Positions 24,701 to 38,400 of a stretch of DNA of 64,000 bases are shown piece by piece. Where the stretch lies: contig OZ024744.1 in assembly GCA_964016885.1 (NCBI GenBank), forward strand, positions 3,038,001 to 3,102,000, in the 5' to 3' direction. Each line of letters starts with the position of its first letter. The stretch's first letter is position 1. The stretch comes from Eledone cirrhosa. Taxonomy: Eukaryota. Made by a program: the position numbers and the translations under genes. The notes below the pieces were generated by a model. The model searched no databases, was not told the origin of the DNA, and saw nothing but the letters and a program-made list of their open reading frames with translations.

Positions 24701-27700
24701 GTTTTGAGGGAAGACAAGGTAGAGAAAGATAGCTTGGTGAAGAACGACGTTTTGAGGGAAGACAAGGTAGAGAAAGATAGCTTGGTGAAGAACGACGTTT
24801 TGTGGGAAGACAAGGTAGAGAAAGATAGCTTGGTGAAGAACGAAGTTTTGGGGGAAGACAAGGTAGAGAAAGATAGCTTGGTGAAGAACGGAGTTTTGGG
24901 GGAAGACAAGGTAGAGAAAGATAGCTTGGTGAAGAAGGAAGTTTTGGGGGAAGACAAGGTAGAGAAAGATAGCTTGGTGAAGAACGAAGTTTTGAGGGAA
25001 GACAATGTAGAGAAAGATAGCTTGGTGAAGAACGAAGTTTTGGGGAAGATAATGTAGAGAAAGATAGCTTGGTGAAGAACGAAGTTTTGGAGGAAGACAA
25101 GGTAGAGAAAGATAGCTTGGTGAAGAAGGAAATATTGAGGGAAGACAAGGTAGAGAAAAATAGCTTGGTGAAGAACGACGTTTTGGTGGAAGACAAGGTA
25201 GAGAAAGATAGCTTGGTGAAGAACGATGTTTTGGGGAAGACAATGTAGAGAAAGATAGCTTGGTGAATAACGAAGTTTTGGGAGAAGACAAGGTAGAGAA
25301 AGATAGCTTAGTGAAGAACGACGTTTTGGTGGAAGACAAGGTAGAGAAAGATATCTTGGTGAATAACGAAGTTTTGGGAGAAGACAAGGTAGAGAAAGAT
25401 AGCTTGGTGAAGAACGACGTTTTGAGGGAAGACAAGGTAGAGAAAGATAGCTTGGTGAAGAACGAAGTTTTGGGGAAGACAATGTAGAGAAAGATAGCTT
25501 GGTGAAGAACGAAGTTTTGGGGGAAGACAAGGTAGAGAAAGATAGCTTGGTGAAGAACGAAGTTTTGAGGGAAGACAAGGTAGAGAAAGATAGCTTGGTG
25601 AAGAACGAAGTTTTGGGAGAAGACAAGGTAGAGAAAGATAGTTGGTGAAGAACGAAGTTTTGAAGGAAGACAAGGCAAAGAAAGATAGCTTGATGAAGAA
25701 CGAAGTTTTGAGGGAAGACAAGGTAGAGAAAGATAGCTTGGTGAAGAACGACGTTTTGTGGGAAGACAAGGTAGAGAAAGATAGCTTGGTGAAGAACGAA
25801 GTTTTGGGGGAAGACAAGGTAGAGAAAGATAGCTTGGTGAAGAACGAAGTTTTGGGGGAAGACAAGGTAGAGAAAGATAGCTTGGTGAAGAACGAAGTTT
25901 TGGGGAAGACAATGTTATGACAGATAGCTTGGTGAAGAACGAAGATTTGGGGGAAGACAAGGTAGAGAAAGATAGCTTGGTGAAGAACGAAGTTTTGGGA
26001 GAAGACAAGGTAGAGAAAGATAGCTTGGTGAAGAACGAAGTTTTGAGGGAAGACAAGGTAGAGAAAGATAGCTTGGTGAAGAACGACGTTTTGAGGGAAG
26101 ACAAGGTAGAGAAAGATAGCTTGGTGAAGAACGACGTTTTGTGGGAAGACAAGGTAGAGAAAGATAGCTTGGTGAAGAACGAAGTTTTGGGGGAAGACAA
26201 GGTAGAGAAAGATAGCTTGGTGAAGAACGGAGTTTTGGGGGAAGACAAGGTAGAGAAAGATAGCTTGGTGAAGAACGAAGTTTTGGGGGAAGACAAGGTA
26301 GAGAAAGATAGCTTGGTGAAGAACGAAGTTTTGAGGGAAGACAATGTAGAGAAAGATAGCTTGGTGAAGAACGAAGTTTTGGGGAAGATAATGTAGAGAA
26401 AGATAGCTTGGTGAAGAACGAAGTTTTGGGGAAGACAATGTAGAGAAAGATAGCTTGGTGAAGAACGAAGTTTTGGGGGAAGACAAGGTAGAGAAAGATA
26501 GCTTGGTGAATAACGAAGTTTTGGGAGAAGACAAGGTCGAGAAAGATAGCTTGGTGAAGAACGAAATTTTGAGGGAAGACAAGGTAGAGAAAGATAGCTT
26601 GGTGAAGAACGACGTTTTGGTGGAAGACAAGGTAGAGAAAGATAGCTTGGTGAAGAACGAAGTTTTGAGGGAAGACAATGTAGAGAAAGATAGCTTGGTG
26701 AAGAACGAAGTTTTGGGGAAGATAATGTAGAGAAAGATAGCTTGGTGAAGAACGAAGTTTTGGGGAAGACAATGTAGAGAAAGATAGCTTGGTGAAGAAC
26801 GAAGTTTTGGGGGAAGACAAGGTAGAGAAAGATAGCTTGGTGAATAACGAAGATTTGGGAGAAGACAAGGTCGAGAAAGATAGCTTGGTGAAGAACGAAA
26901 TTTTGAGGGAAGACAAGGTAGAGAAAGATAGATTGGTGAAGAACGACGTTTTGGTGGAAGACAAGGTAGAGAAAGATAGCTTGGTGAAGAACGATATTTT
27001 GGGGAAGACAATGTAGAGAAAGATAGCTTGGTGAAGAACGAAGTTTTGGCGGAAGACAAGGTAGAGAAAGATAGCTTGGTGAAGAACGATGTTTTGAGGG
27101 AAGACAAGGTAGAGAAAGATAGCTTGGTGAATAACGAAGTTTTGGGAGAAGACAAGGTAGAGAAAGATAGTTGGTGAAGAACGAAGTTTTGAGGGAAGAC
27201 AAGGTAGAGAAAGATAGCTTGGTGAAGAACGACGTTTTGGTGGAAGACAAGGTAGAGAAAGATATCTTGGTGAATAACGAAGTTTTGGGAGAAGACAAGG
27301 TAGAGAAAGATAGCTTGGTGAAGAACGACGTTTTGAGGGAAGACAAGGTAGAGAAAGATAGCTTGGTGAAGAACGAAGTTTTGGGGAAGACAATGTAGAG
27401 AAAGATAGCTTGGTGAAGAACGAAGTTTTGGGGGAAGACAAGGTAGAGAAAGATAGCTTGGTGAAGAACGAAGTTTTGAGGGAAGACAAGGTAGAGAAAG
27501 ATAGCTTGGTGAAGAACGAAGTTTTGGGGAAGACAATGTAGAGAAAGATAGCTTGGTGAAGAACGAAGATTTGGGGGAAGACAAGGTAGAGAAAGATAGC
27601 TTGGTGAAGAACTAAGTTTTGGGAGAAGACAAGGTAGAGAAAGATAGCTTGGTGAAGAACGACGTTTTGAGGGAAGACAAGGTAGAGAAAGATAGCTTGG

Positions 27701-30700
27701 TGAAGAACGACGTTTTGTTGGAAGACAAGGTAGAGAAAGATAGCTTGGTGAAGAACGAAGTTTTGGGGGAAGACAAGGTAGAGAAAGATAGCTTGGTGAA
27801 GAACGAAGTTTTGGGGGAAGACAAGGTAGAGAAAGATAGCTTGGTGAAGAACGAAGTTTTGGGGAAGACAATGTTATGACAGATAGCTTGGTGAAGAACG
27901 AAGATTTGGGGGAAGACAAGGTAGAGAAAGATAGCTTGGTGAAGAACGAAGTTTTGGGAGAAGACAAGGTAGAGAAAGATAGCTTGGTGAAGAACGAAGT
28001 TTTGAGGGAAGACAAGGTAGAGAAAGATAGCTTGGTGAAGAACGACGTTTTGAGGGAAGACAAGGTAGAGAAAGATAGCTTGGTGAAGAACGACGTTTTG
28101 TGGGAAGACAAGGTAGAGAAAGATAGCTTGGTGAAGAACGGAGTTTTGGGGGAAGACAAGGTAGAGAAAGATAGCTTGGTGAAGAACGAAGTTTTGGGGG
28201 AAGACAAGGTAGAGAAAGATAGCTTGGTGAAGAACGTAGTTTTGAGGGAAGACAATGTAGAGAAAGATAGCTTGGTGAAGAACGAAGTTTTGGGGAAGAT
28301 AATGTAGAGAAAGATAGCTTGGTGAAGAACGAAGTTTTGGGGAAGACAATGTAGAGAAAGATAGCTTGGTGAAGAACGAAGTTTTGGGGGAAGACAAGGT
28401 AGAGAAAGATAGCTTGGTGAATAACGAAGTTTTGGGAGAAGACAAGGTCGAGAAAGATAGCTTGGTGAAGAACGAAATTTTGAGGGAAGACAAGGTAGAG
28501 AAAGATAGCTTGGTGAAGAACGAAGTTTTGAGGGAAGACAAGGTAGAGAAAGATAGCTTGGTGAATAACGAAGTTTTGGGAGAAGACAAGGTAGAGAAAG
28601 ATAGCTTGGTGTAGAACGACGTTTTGTGGGAAGACAAGGTAGAGAAAGATAGCTTGGTGAAGAACGAAGTTTTGGGGGAAGACAAGGTAGAGAAAGATAA
28701 CTTGGTGAAGAACGAAGTTTTGGGGGAAGACAAGGTAGAGAAAGATAGCTTGGTGAAGAACGAAGTTTTCGGGAAGACAATGTAGAGAAAGATAGCTTGG
28801 TGAAGAACGAAGTTTTGGGGGAAGACAAGGTAGAGAAAGATAGCTTGGTGAAGAAGGAAATTTTGAGGGAAGACAAGGTAGAGAAAAATAGCTTGGTGAA
28901 GAACGACGTTTTGGTGGAAGACAAGGTAGAGAAAGATATCTTGGTGAATAACGAAGTTTTGGGAGAAGACAAGGTAGAGAAAGATAGCTTGGTGAAGAAC
29001 GACGTTTTGAGGGAAGACAAGGTAGAGAAAGATAGCTTGGTGAAGAACGAAGTTTTTGGGAAGACAATGTAGAGAAAGATAGCTTGGTGAAGAACGAAGT
29101 TTTGGGGGAAGACAAGGTAGAGAAAGATAGCTTGGTGAAGAACGAAGTTTTGGGGAAGACAATGTAGAGAAAGATAGCTTGGTGAAGAACGAAGTTTTGG
29201 GGGAAGACAAGGTAGAGAAAGATAGCTTGGTGAAGAACGAAGTTTTGGGGAAGACAATGTAGAGAAAGATAGCTTGGTGAAGAACGAAGTTTTGAGGGAA
29301 GACAAGGTAGAGAAAGATAGCTTGGTGAAGAACGACGTTTTGAGGGAAGACAAGGTAGAGAAAGATAGCTTGGTGAAGAACGACGTTTTGTGGGAAGACA
29401 AGGTAGAGAAAGATAGCTTGGTGAAGAACGACGTTTTGTGGGAAGACAAGGTAGAGAAAGATAGCTTGGTGAAGAACGGAGTTTTGGGGGAAGACAAGGT
29501 AGAGAAAGATAGCTTGGTGAAGAACGAAGTTTTGGGGGAAGACAAGGTAGAGAAAGATAGCTTGGTGAAGAACGACGTTTTGTGGGAAGACAAGGTAGAG
29601 AAAGATAGCTTGGTGAAGAACGGAGTTTTGGGGGAAGACAAGGTAGAGAAAGATAGCTTGGTGAAGAACGAAGTTTTGGGGGAAGACAAGGTAGAGAAAG
29701 ATAGCTTGGTGAAGAACGAAGTTTTGAGGGAAGACAATGTAGAGAAAGATAGCTTGGTGAAGAACGAAGTTTTGGGGAAGACAATGTAGAGAAAGATAGC
29801 TTGGTGAAGAACGAAGTTTTGGGGAAGACAATGTAGAGAAAGATAGCTTGGTGAAGAACGAAGTTTTGGGGGAAGACAAGGTAGAGAAAGATAGCTTGGT
29901 GAATAACGAAGTTTTGGGAGAAGACAAGGTCGAGAAAGATAGCTTGGTGAAGAACGAAATTTTGAGGGAAGACAAGGTAGAGAAAGATAGCTTGGTGAAG
30001 AACGAAGTTTTGAGGGAAGACAAGGTAGAGAAAGATAGCTTGGTGAATAACGAAGTTTTGGGAGAAGACAAGGTAGAGAAAGATAGCTTGGTGAAGAACG
30101 ACGTTTTGTGGGAAGACAAGGTAGAGAAAGATAGCTTGGTGAAGAACGAAGTTTTGGGGGAAGACAAGGTAGAGAAAGATAACTTGGTGAAGAACGAAGT
30201 TTTGGGGGAAGACAAGGTAGAGAAAGATAGCTTGGTGAAGAACGAAGTTTTCGGGAAGACAATGTAGAGAAAGATAGCTTGGTGAAGAACGAAGTTTTGG
30301 GGGAAGACAAGGTAGAGAAAGATAGCTTGGTGAAGAAGGAAATTTTGAGGGAAGACAAGGTAGAGAAAAATAGCTTGGTGAAGAACGACGTTTTGGTGGA
30401 AGACAAGGTAGAGAAAGATATCTTGGTGAATAACGAAGTTTTGGGAGAAGACAAGGTAGAGAAAGATAGCTTGGTGAAGAACGACGTTTTGAGGGAAGAC
30501 AAGGTAGAGAAAGATAGCTTGGTGAAGAACGAAGTTTTGGGGAAGACAATGTAGAGAAAGATAGCTTGGTGAAGAACGAAGTTTTGGGGGAAGACAAGGT
30601 AGAGAAAGATAGCTTGGTGAAGAACGAAGTTTTGGGGAAGACAATGTAGAGAAAGATAGCTTGGTGAAGAACGAAGTTTTGGGGGAAGACAAGGTAGAGA

Positions 30701-33700
30701 AAGATAGCTTGGTGAAGAACGAAGTTTTGGGGAAGACAATGTAGAGAAAGATAGCTTGGTGAAGAACGAAGATTTGGGGGAAGACAAGGTAGAGAAAGAT
30801 AGCTTGGTGAAGAACGAAGTTTTGGGAGAAGACAAGGTAGAGAAAGATAGCTTGGTGAAGAACGAAGTTTTGAGGGAAGACAAGGTAGAGAAAGATAGCT
30901 TGGTGAAGAACGACGTTTTGAGGGAAGACAAGGTAGAGAAAGATAGCTTGGTGAAGAACGACGTTTTGTGGGAAGACAAGGTAGAGAAAGATAGCTTGGT
31001 GAAGAACGAAGTTTTGGGGGAAGACAAGGTAGAGAAAGATAGCTTGGTGAAGAACGGAGTTTTGGGGGAAGACAAGGTAGAGAAAGATAGCTTGGTGAAG
31101 AAGGAAGTTTTGGGGGAAGACAAGGTAGAGAAAGATAGCTTGGTGAAGAACGAAGTTTTGAGGGAAGACAATGTAGAGAAAGATAGCTTGGTGAAGAACG
31201 AAGTTTTGGGGAAGATAATGTAGAGAAAGATAGCTTGGTGAAGAACGAAGTTTTGGAGGAAGACAAGGTAGAGAAAGATAGCTTGGTGAAGAAGGAAATA
31301 TTGAGGGAAGACAAGGTAGAGAAAAATAGCTTGGTGAAGAACGACGTTTTGGTGGAAGACAAGGTAGAGAAAGATAGCTTGGTGAAGAACGATGTTTTGG
31401 GGAAGACAATGTAGAGAAAGATAGCTTGGTGAATAACGAAGTTTTGGGAGAAGACAAGGTAGAGAAAGATAGCTTAGTGAAGAACGACGTTTTGGTGGAA
31501 GACAAGGTAGAGAAAGATATCTTGGTGAATAACGAAGTTTTGGGAGAAGACAAGGTAGAGAAAGATAGCTTGGTGAAGAACGACGTTTTGAGGGAAGACA
31601 AGGTAGAGAAAGATAGCTTGGTGAAGAACGAAGTTTTGGGGAAGACAATGTAGAGAAAGATAGCTTGGTGAAGAACGAAGTTTTGGGGGAAGACAAGGTA
31701 GAGAAAGATAGCTTGGTGAAGAACGAAGTTTTGAGGGAAGACAAGGTAGAGAAAGATAGCTTGGTGAAGAACGAAGTTTTGGGAGAAGACAAGGTAGAGA
31801 AAGATAGTTGGTGAAGAACGAAGTTTTGAAGGAAGACAAGGCAAAGAAAGATAGCTTGATGAAGAACGAAGTTTTGAGGGAAGACAAGGTAGAGAAAGAT
31901 AGCTTGGTGAAGAACGACGTTTTGTGGGAAGACAAGGTAGAGAAAGATAGCTTGGTGAAGAACGAAGTTTTGGGGGAAGACAAGGTAGAGAAAGATAGCT
32001 TGGTGAAGAACGAAGTTTTGGGGGAAGACAAGGTAGAGAAAGATAGCTTGGTGAAGAACGAAGTTTTGGGGAAGACAATGTTATGACAGATAGCTTGGTG
32101 AAGAACGAAGATTTGGGGGAAGACAAGGTAGAGAAAGATAGCTTGGTGAAGAACGAAGTTTTGGGAGAAGACAAGGTAGAGAAAGATAGCTTGGTGAAGA
32201 ACGAAGTTTTGAGGGAAGACAAGGTAGAGAAAGATAGCTTGGTGAAGAACGACGTTTTGAGGGAAGACAAGGTAGAGAAAGATAGCTTGGTGAAGAACGA
32301 CGTTTTGTGGGAAGACAAGGTAGAGAAAGATAGCTTGGTGAAGAACGAAGTTTTGGGGGAAGACAAGGTAGAGAAAGATAGCTTGGTGAAGAACGGAGTT
32401 TTGGGGGAAGACAAGGTAGAGAAAGATAGCTTGGTGAAGAACGAAGTTTTGGGGGAAGACAAGGTAGAGAAAGATAGCTTGGTGAAGAACGAAGTTTTGA
32501 GGGAAGACAATGTAGAGAAAGATAGCTTGGTGAAGAACGAAGTTTTGGGGAAGATAATGTAGAGAAAGATAGCTTGGTGAAGAACGAAGTTTTGGGGAAG
32601 ACAATGTAGAGAAAGATAGCTTGGTGAAGAACGAAGTTTTGGGGGAAGACAAGGTAGAGAAAGATAGCTTGGTGAATAACGAAGTTTTGGGAGAAGACAA
32701 GGTCGAGAAAGATAGCTTGGTGAAGAACGAAATTTTGAGGGAAGACAAGGTAGAGAAAGATAGCTTGGTGAAGAACGACGTTTTGGTGGAAGACAAGGTA
32801 GAGAAAGATAGCTTGGTGAAGAACGAAGTTTTGAGGGAAGACAATGTAGAGAAAGATAGCTTGGTGAAGAACGAAGTTTTGGGGAAGATAATGTAGAGAA
32901 AGATAGCTTGGTGAAGAACGAAGTTTTGGGGAAGACAATGTAGAGAAAGATAGCTTGGTGAAGAACGAAGTTTTGGGGGAAGACAAGGTAGAGAAAGATA
33001 GCTTGGTGAATAACGAAGATTTGGGAGAAGACAAGGTCGAGAAAGATAGCTTGGTGAAGAACGAAATTTTGAGGGAAGACAAGGTAGAGAAAGATAGATT
33101 GGTGAAGAACGACGTTTTGGTGGAAGACAAGGTAGAGAAAGATAGCTTGGTGAAGAACGATATTTTGGGGAAGACAATGTAGAGAAAGATAGCTTGGTGA
33201 AGAACGAAGTTTTGGCGGAAGACAAGGTAGAGAAAGATAGCTTGGTGAAGAACGATGTTTTGAGGGAAGACAAGGTAGAGAAAGATAGCTTGGTGAATAA
33301 CGAAGTTTTGGGAGAAGACAAGGTAGAGAAAGATAGTTGGTGAAGAACGAAGTTTTGAGGGAAGACAAGGTAGAGAAAGATAGCTTGGTGAAGAACGACG
33401 TTTTGGTGGAAGACAAGGTAGAGAAAGATATCTTGGTGAATAACGAAGTTTTGGGAGAAGACAAGGTAGAGAAAGATAGCTTGGTGAAGAACGACGTTTT
33501 GAGGGAAGACAAGGTAGAGAAAGATAGCTTGGTGAAGAACGAAGTTTTGGGGAAGACAATGTAGAGAAAGATAGCTTGGTGAAGAACGAAGTTTTGGGGG
33601 AAGACAAGGTAGAGAAAGATAGCTTGGTGAAGAACGAAGTTTTGAGGGAAGACAAGGTAGAGAAAGATAGCTTGGTGAAGAACGAAGTTTTGGGGAAGAC

Positions 33701-34041
33701 AATGTAGAGAAAGATAGCTTGGTGAAGAACGAAGATTTGGGGGAAGACAAGGTAGAGAAAGATAGCTTGGTGAAGAACTAAGTTTTGGGAGAAGACAAGG
33801 TAGAGAAAGATAGCTTGGTGAAGAACGACGTTTTGAGGGAAGACAAGGTAGAGAAAGATAGCTTGGTGAAGAACGACGTTTTGTTGGAAGACAAGGTAGA
33901 GAAAGATAGCTTGGTGAAGAACGAAGTTTTGGGGGAAGACAAGGTAGAGAAAGATAGCTTGGTGAAGAACGAAGTTTTGGGGGAAGACAAGGTAGAGAAA
34001 GATAGCTTGGTGAAGAACGAAGTTTTGGGGAAGACAATGTT
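21710..34041. repeat. Near-perfect tandem duplication, 6166-bp period (~129 monomers)
   Basis: The + ORFs from 22200 to 27619 each have an identical-translation partner 6166 bp downstream (22200->28366, 23108->29274, 24590->30756, 25917->32083, 27619->33785). Private SNPs: ACGTAG 22069/28235, GTGTAG 22443/28609, ACTAAG 27612/33778. Confidence 0.95.
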
Positions 34042-36149
34042 ATGACAGATAGCTTGGTGAAGAACGAAGATTTGGGGGAAGACAAGGTAGAGAAAGATAG
34101 CTTGGTGAAGAACGAAGTTTTGGGAGAAGACAAGGTAGAGAAAGATAGCTTGGTGAAGAACGAAGTTTTGAGGGAAGACAAGGTAGAGAAAGATAGCTTG
34201 GTGAAGAACGACGTTTTGAGGGAAGACAAGGTAGAGAAAGATAGCTTGGTGAAGAACGACGTTTTGTGGGAAGACAAGGTAGAGAAAGATAGCTTGGTGA
34301 AGAACGAAGTTTTGGGGGAAGACAAGGTAGAGAAAGATAGCTTGGTGAAGAACGGAGTTTTGGGGGAAGACAAGGTAGAGAAAGATAGCTTGGTGAAGAA
34401 CGAAGTTTTGGGGGAAGACAAGGTAGAGAAAGATAGCTTGGTGAAGAACGAAGTTTTGAGGGAAGACAATGTAGAGAAAGATAGCTTGGTGAAGAACGAA
34501 GTTTTGGGGAAGATAATGTAGAGAAAGATAGCTTGGTGAAGAACGAAGTTTTGGGGAAGACAATGTAGAGAAAGATAGCTTGGTGAAGAACGAAGTTTTG
34601 GGGGAAGACAAGGTAGAGAAAGATAGCTTGGTGAATAACGAAGTTTTGGGAGAAGACAAGGTCGAGAAAGATAGCTTGGTGAAGAACGAAATTTTGAGGG
34701 AAGACAAGGTAGAGAAAGATAGCTTGGTGAAGAACGACGTTTTGGTGGAAGACAAGGTAGAGAAAGATAGCTTGGTGAAGAACGAAGTTTTGAGGGAAGA
34801 CAATGTAGAGAAAGATAGCTTGGTGAAGAACGAAGTTTTGGGGAAGATAATGTAGAGAAAGATAGCTTGGTGAAGAACGAAGTTTTGGGGAAGACAATGT
34901 AGAGAAAGATAGCTTGGTGAAGAACGAAGTTTTGGGGGAAGACAAGGTAGAGAAAGATAGCTTGGTGAATAACGAAGATTTGGGAGAAGACAAGGTCGAG
35001 AAAGATAGCTTGGTGAAGAACGAAATTTTGAGGGAAGACAAGGTAGAGAAAGATAGATTGGTGAAGAACGACGTTTTGGTGGAAGACAAGGTAGAGAAAG
35101 ATAGCTTGGTGAAGAACGATATTTTGGGGAAGACAATGTAGAGAAAGATAGCTTGGTGAAGAACGAAGTTTTGGCGGAAGACAAGGTAGAGAAAGATAGC
35201 TTGGTGAAGAACGATGTTTTGAGGGAAGACAAGGTAGAGAAAGATAGCTTGGTGAATAACGAAGTTTTGGGAGAAGACAAGGTAGAGAAAGATAGTTGGT
35301 GAAGAACGAAGTTTTGAGGGAAGACAAGGTAGAGAAAGATAGCTTGGTGAAGAACGACGTTTTGGTGGAAGACAAGGTAGAGAAAGATATCTTGGTGAAT
35401 AACGAAGTTTTGGGAGAAGACAAGGTAGAGAAAGATAGCTTGGTGAAGAACGACGTTTTGAGGGAAGACAAGGTAGAGAAAGATAGCTTGGTGAAGAACG
35501 AAGTTTTGGGGAAGACAATGTAGAGAAAGATAGCTTGGTGAAGAACGAAGTTTTGGGGGAAGACAAGGTAGAGAAAGATAGCTTGGTGAAGAACGAAGTT
35601 TTGAGGGAAGACAAGGTAGAGAAAGATAGCTTGGTGAAGAACGAAGTTTTGGGGAAGACAATGTAGAGAAAGATAGCTTGGTGAAGAACGAAGATTTGGG
35701 GGAAGACAAGGTAGAGAAAGATAGCTTGGTGAAGAACGAAGTTTTGGGAGAAGACAAGGTAGAGAAAGATAGCTTGGTGAAGAACGAAGTTTTGAGGGAA
35801 GACAAGGTAGAGAAAGATAGCTTGGTGAAGAACGACGTTTTGAGGGAAGACAAGGTAGAGAAAGATAGCTTGGTGAAGAACGACGTTTTGTGGGAAGACA
35901 AGGTAGAGAAAGATAGCTTGGTGAAGAACGAAGTTTTGGGGGAAGACAAGGTAGAGAAAGATAGCTTGGTGAAGAACGGAGTTTTGGGGGAAGACAAGGT
36001 AGAGAAAGATAGCTTGGTGAAGAACGAAGTTTTGGGGGAAGACAAGGTAGAGAAAGATAGCTTGGTGAAGAACGAAGTTTTGAGGGAAGACAATGTAGAG
36101 AAAGATAGCTTGGTGAAGAACGAAGTTTTGGGGAAGATAATGTAGAGAA

Positions 36150-38400
36150 AGATAGCTTGGTGAAGAACGAAGTTTTGGGGGAAGACAAGGTAGAGAAAGA
36201 TAGCTTGGTGAAGAAGGAAATGTTGAGGGAAGACAAGGTAGAGAAAAATAGCTTGGTGAAGAACGACGTTTTGGTGGAAGACAAGGTAGAGAAAGATAGC
36301 TTGGTGAAGAACGATGTTTTGGGGAAGACAATGTAGAGAAAGATAGCTTGGTGAATAACGAAGTTTTGGGAGAAGACAAGGTAGAGAAAGATAGCTTAGT
36401 GAAGAACGACGTTTTGGTGGAAGACAAGGTAGAGAAAGATATCTTGGTGAATAACGAAGTTTTGGGAGAAGACAAGGTAGAGAAAGATAGCTTGGTGAAG
36501 AACGACGTTTTGAGGGAAGACAAGGTAGAGAAAGATAGCTTGGTGAAGAACGAAGTTTTGGGGAAGACAATGTAGAGAAAGATAGCTTGGTGAAGAACGA
36601 AGTTTTGGGGGAAGACAAGGTAGAGAAAGATAGCTTGGTGAAGAACGAAGTTTTGAGGGAAGACAAGGTAGAGAAAGATAGCTTGGTGAAGAACGAAGTT
36701 TTGGGAGGAGACAAGGTAGAGAAAGATAGTTGGTGAAGAACGAAGTTTTGAAGGAAGACAAGGCAGAGAAAGATAGCTTGATGAAGAACGAAGTTTTGAG
36801 GGAAGACAAGGTAGAGAAAGATAGCTTGGTGAAGAACGACGTTTTGTGGGAAGACAAGGTAGAGAAAGATAGCTTGGTGAAGAACGAAGTTTTGGGGGAA
36901 GACAAGGTAGAGAAAGATAGCTTGGTGAAGAACGAAGTTTTGGGGGAAGACAAGGTAGAGAAAGATAGCTTGGTGAAGAACGAAGTTTTGGGGAAGACAA
37001 TGTAGAGAAAGATAGCTTGGTGAAGAACGAAGATTTGGGGGAAGACAAGGTAGAGAAAGATAGCTTGGTGAAGAACGAAGTTTTGGGAGAAGACAAGGTA
37101 GAGAAAGATAGCTTGGTGAAGAACGAAGTTTTGAGGGAAGACAAGGTAGAGAAAGATAGCTTGGTGAAGAACGACGTTTTGAGGGAAGACAAGGTAGAGA
37201 AAGATAGCTTGGTGAAGAACGGAGTTTTGGGGGAAGACAAGGTAGAGAAAGATAGCTTGGTGAAGAACGAAGTTTTGGGGGAAGACAAGGTAGAGAAAGA
37301 TAGCTTGGTGAAGAACGAAGTTTTGAGGGAAGACAATGTAGAGAAAGATAGCTTGGTGAAGAACGAAGTTTTGGGGAAGATAATGTAGAGAAAGATAGCT
37401 TGGTGAAGAACGAAGTTTTGGGGGAAGACAAGGTAGAGAAAGATAGCTTGGTGAAGAAGGAAATGTTGAGGGAAGACAAGGTAGAGAAAAATAGCTTGGT
37501 GAAGAACGACGTTTTGGTGGAAGACAAGGTAGAGAAAGATAGCTTGGTGAAGAACGATGTTTTGGGGAAGACAATGTAGAGAAAGATAGCTTGGTGAATA
37601 ACGAAGTTTTGGGAGAAGACAAGGTAGAGAAAGATAGCTTAGTGAAGAACGACGTTTTGGTGGAAGACAAGGTAGAGAAAGATATCTTGGTGAATAACGA
37701 AGTTTTGGGAGAAGACAAGGTAGAGAAAGATAGCTTGGTGAAGAACGACGTTTTGAGGGAAGACAAGGTAGAGAAAGATAGCTTGGTGAAGAACGAAGTT
37801 TTGGGGAAGACAATGTAGAGAAAGATAGCTTGGTGAAGAACGAAGTTTTGGGGGAAGACAAGGTAGAGAAAGATAGCTTGGTGAAGAACGAAGTTTTGAG
37901 GGAAGACAAGGTAGAGAAAGATAGCTTGGTGAAGAACGAAGTTTTGGGAGGAGACAAGGTAGAGAAAGATAGTTGGTGAAGAACGAAGTTTTGAAGGAAG
38001 ACAAGGCAGAGAAAGATAGCTTGATGAAGAACGAAGTTTTGAGGGAAGACAAGGTAGAGAAAGATAGCTTGGTGAAGAACGACGTTTTGTGGGAAGACAA
38101 GGTAGAGAAAGATAGCTTGGTGAAGAACGAAGTTTTGGGGGAAGACAAGGTAGAGAAAGATAGCTTGGTGAAGAACGAAGTTTTGGGGGAAGACAAGGTA
38201 GAGAAAGATAGCTTGGTGAAGAACGAAGTTTTGGGGAAGACAATGTAGAGAAAGATAGCTTGGTGAAGAACGAAGATTTGGGGGAAGACAAGGTAGAGAA
38301 AGATAGCTTGGTGAAGAACGAAGTTTTGGGAGAAGACAAGGTAGAGAAAGATAGCTTGGTGAAGAACGAAGTTTTGAGGGAAGACAAGGTAGAGAAAGAT
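36150..38400. repeat. Tandem higher-order duplication, 1243-bp period
   Basis: AAATGTTG at 36218 and 37461, GGAGGAGAC at ~36704 and ~37947. ORFs 36348->37591, 36730->37973, 37017->38260. Confidence 0.88.
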
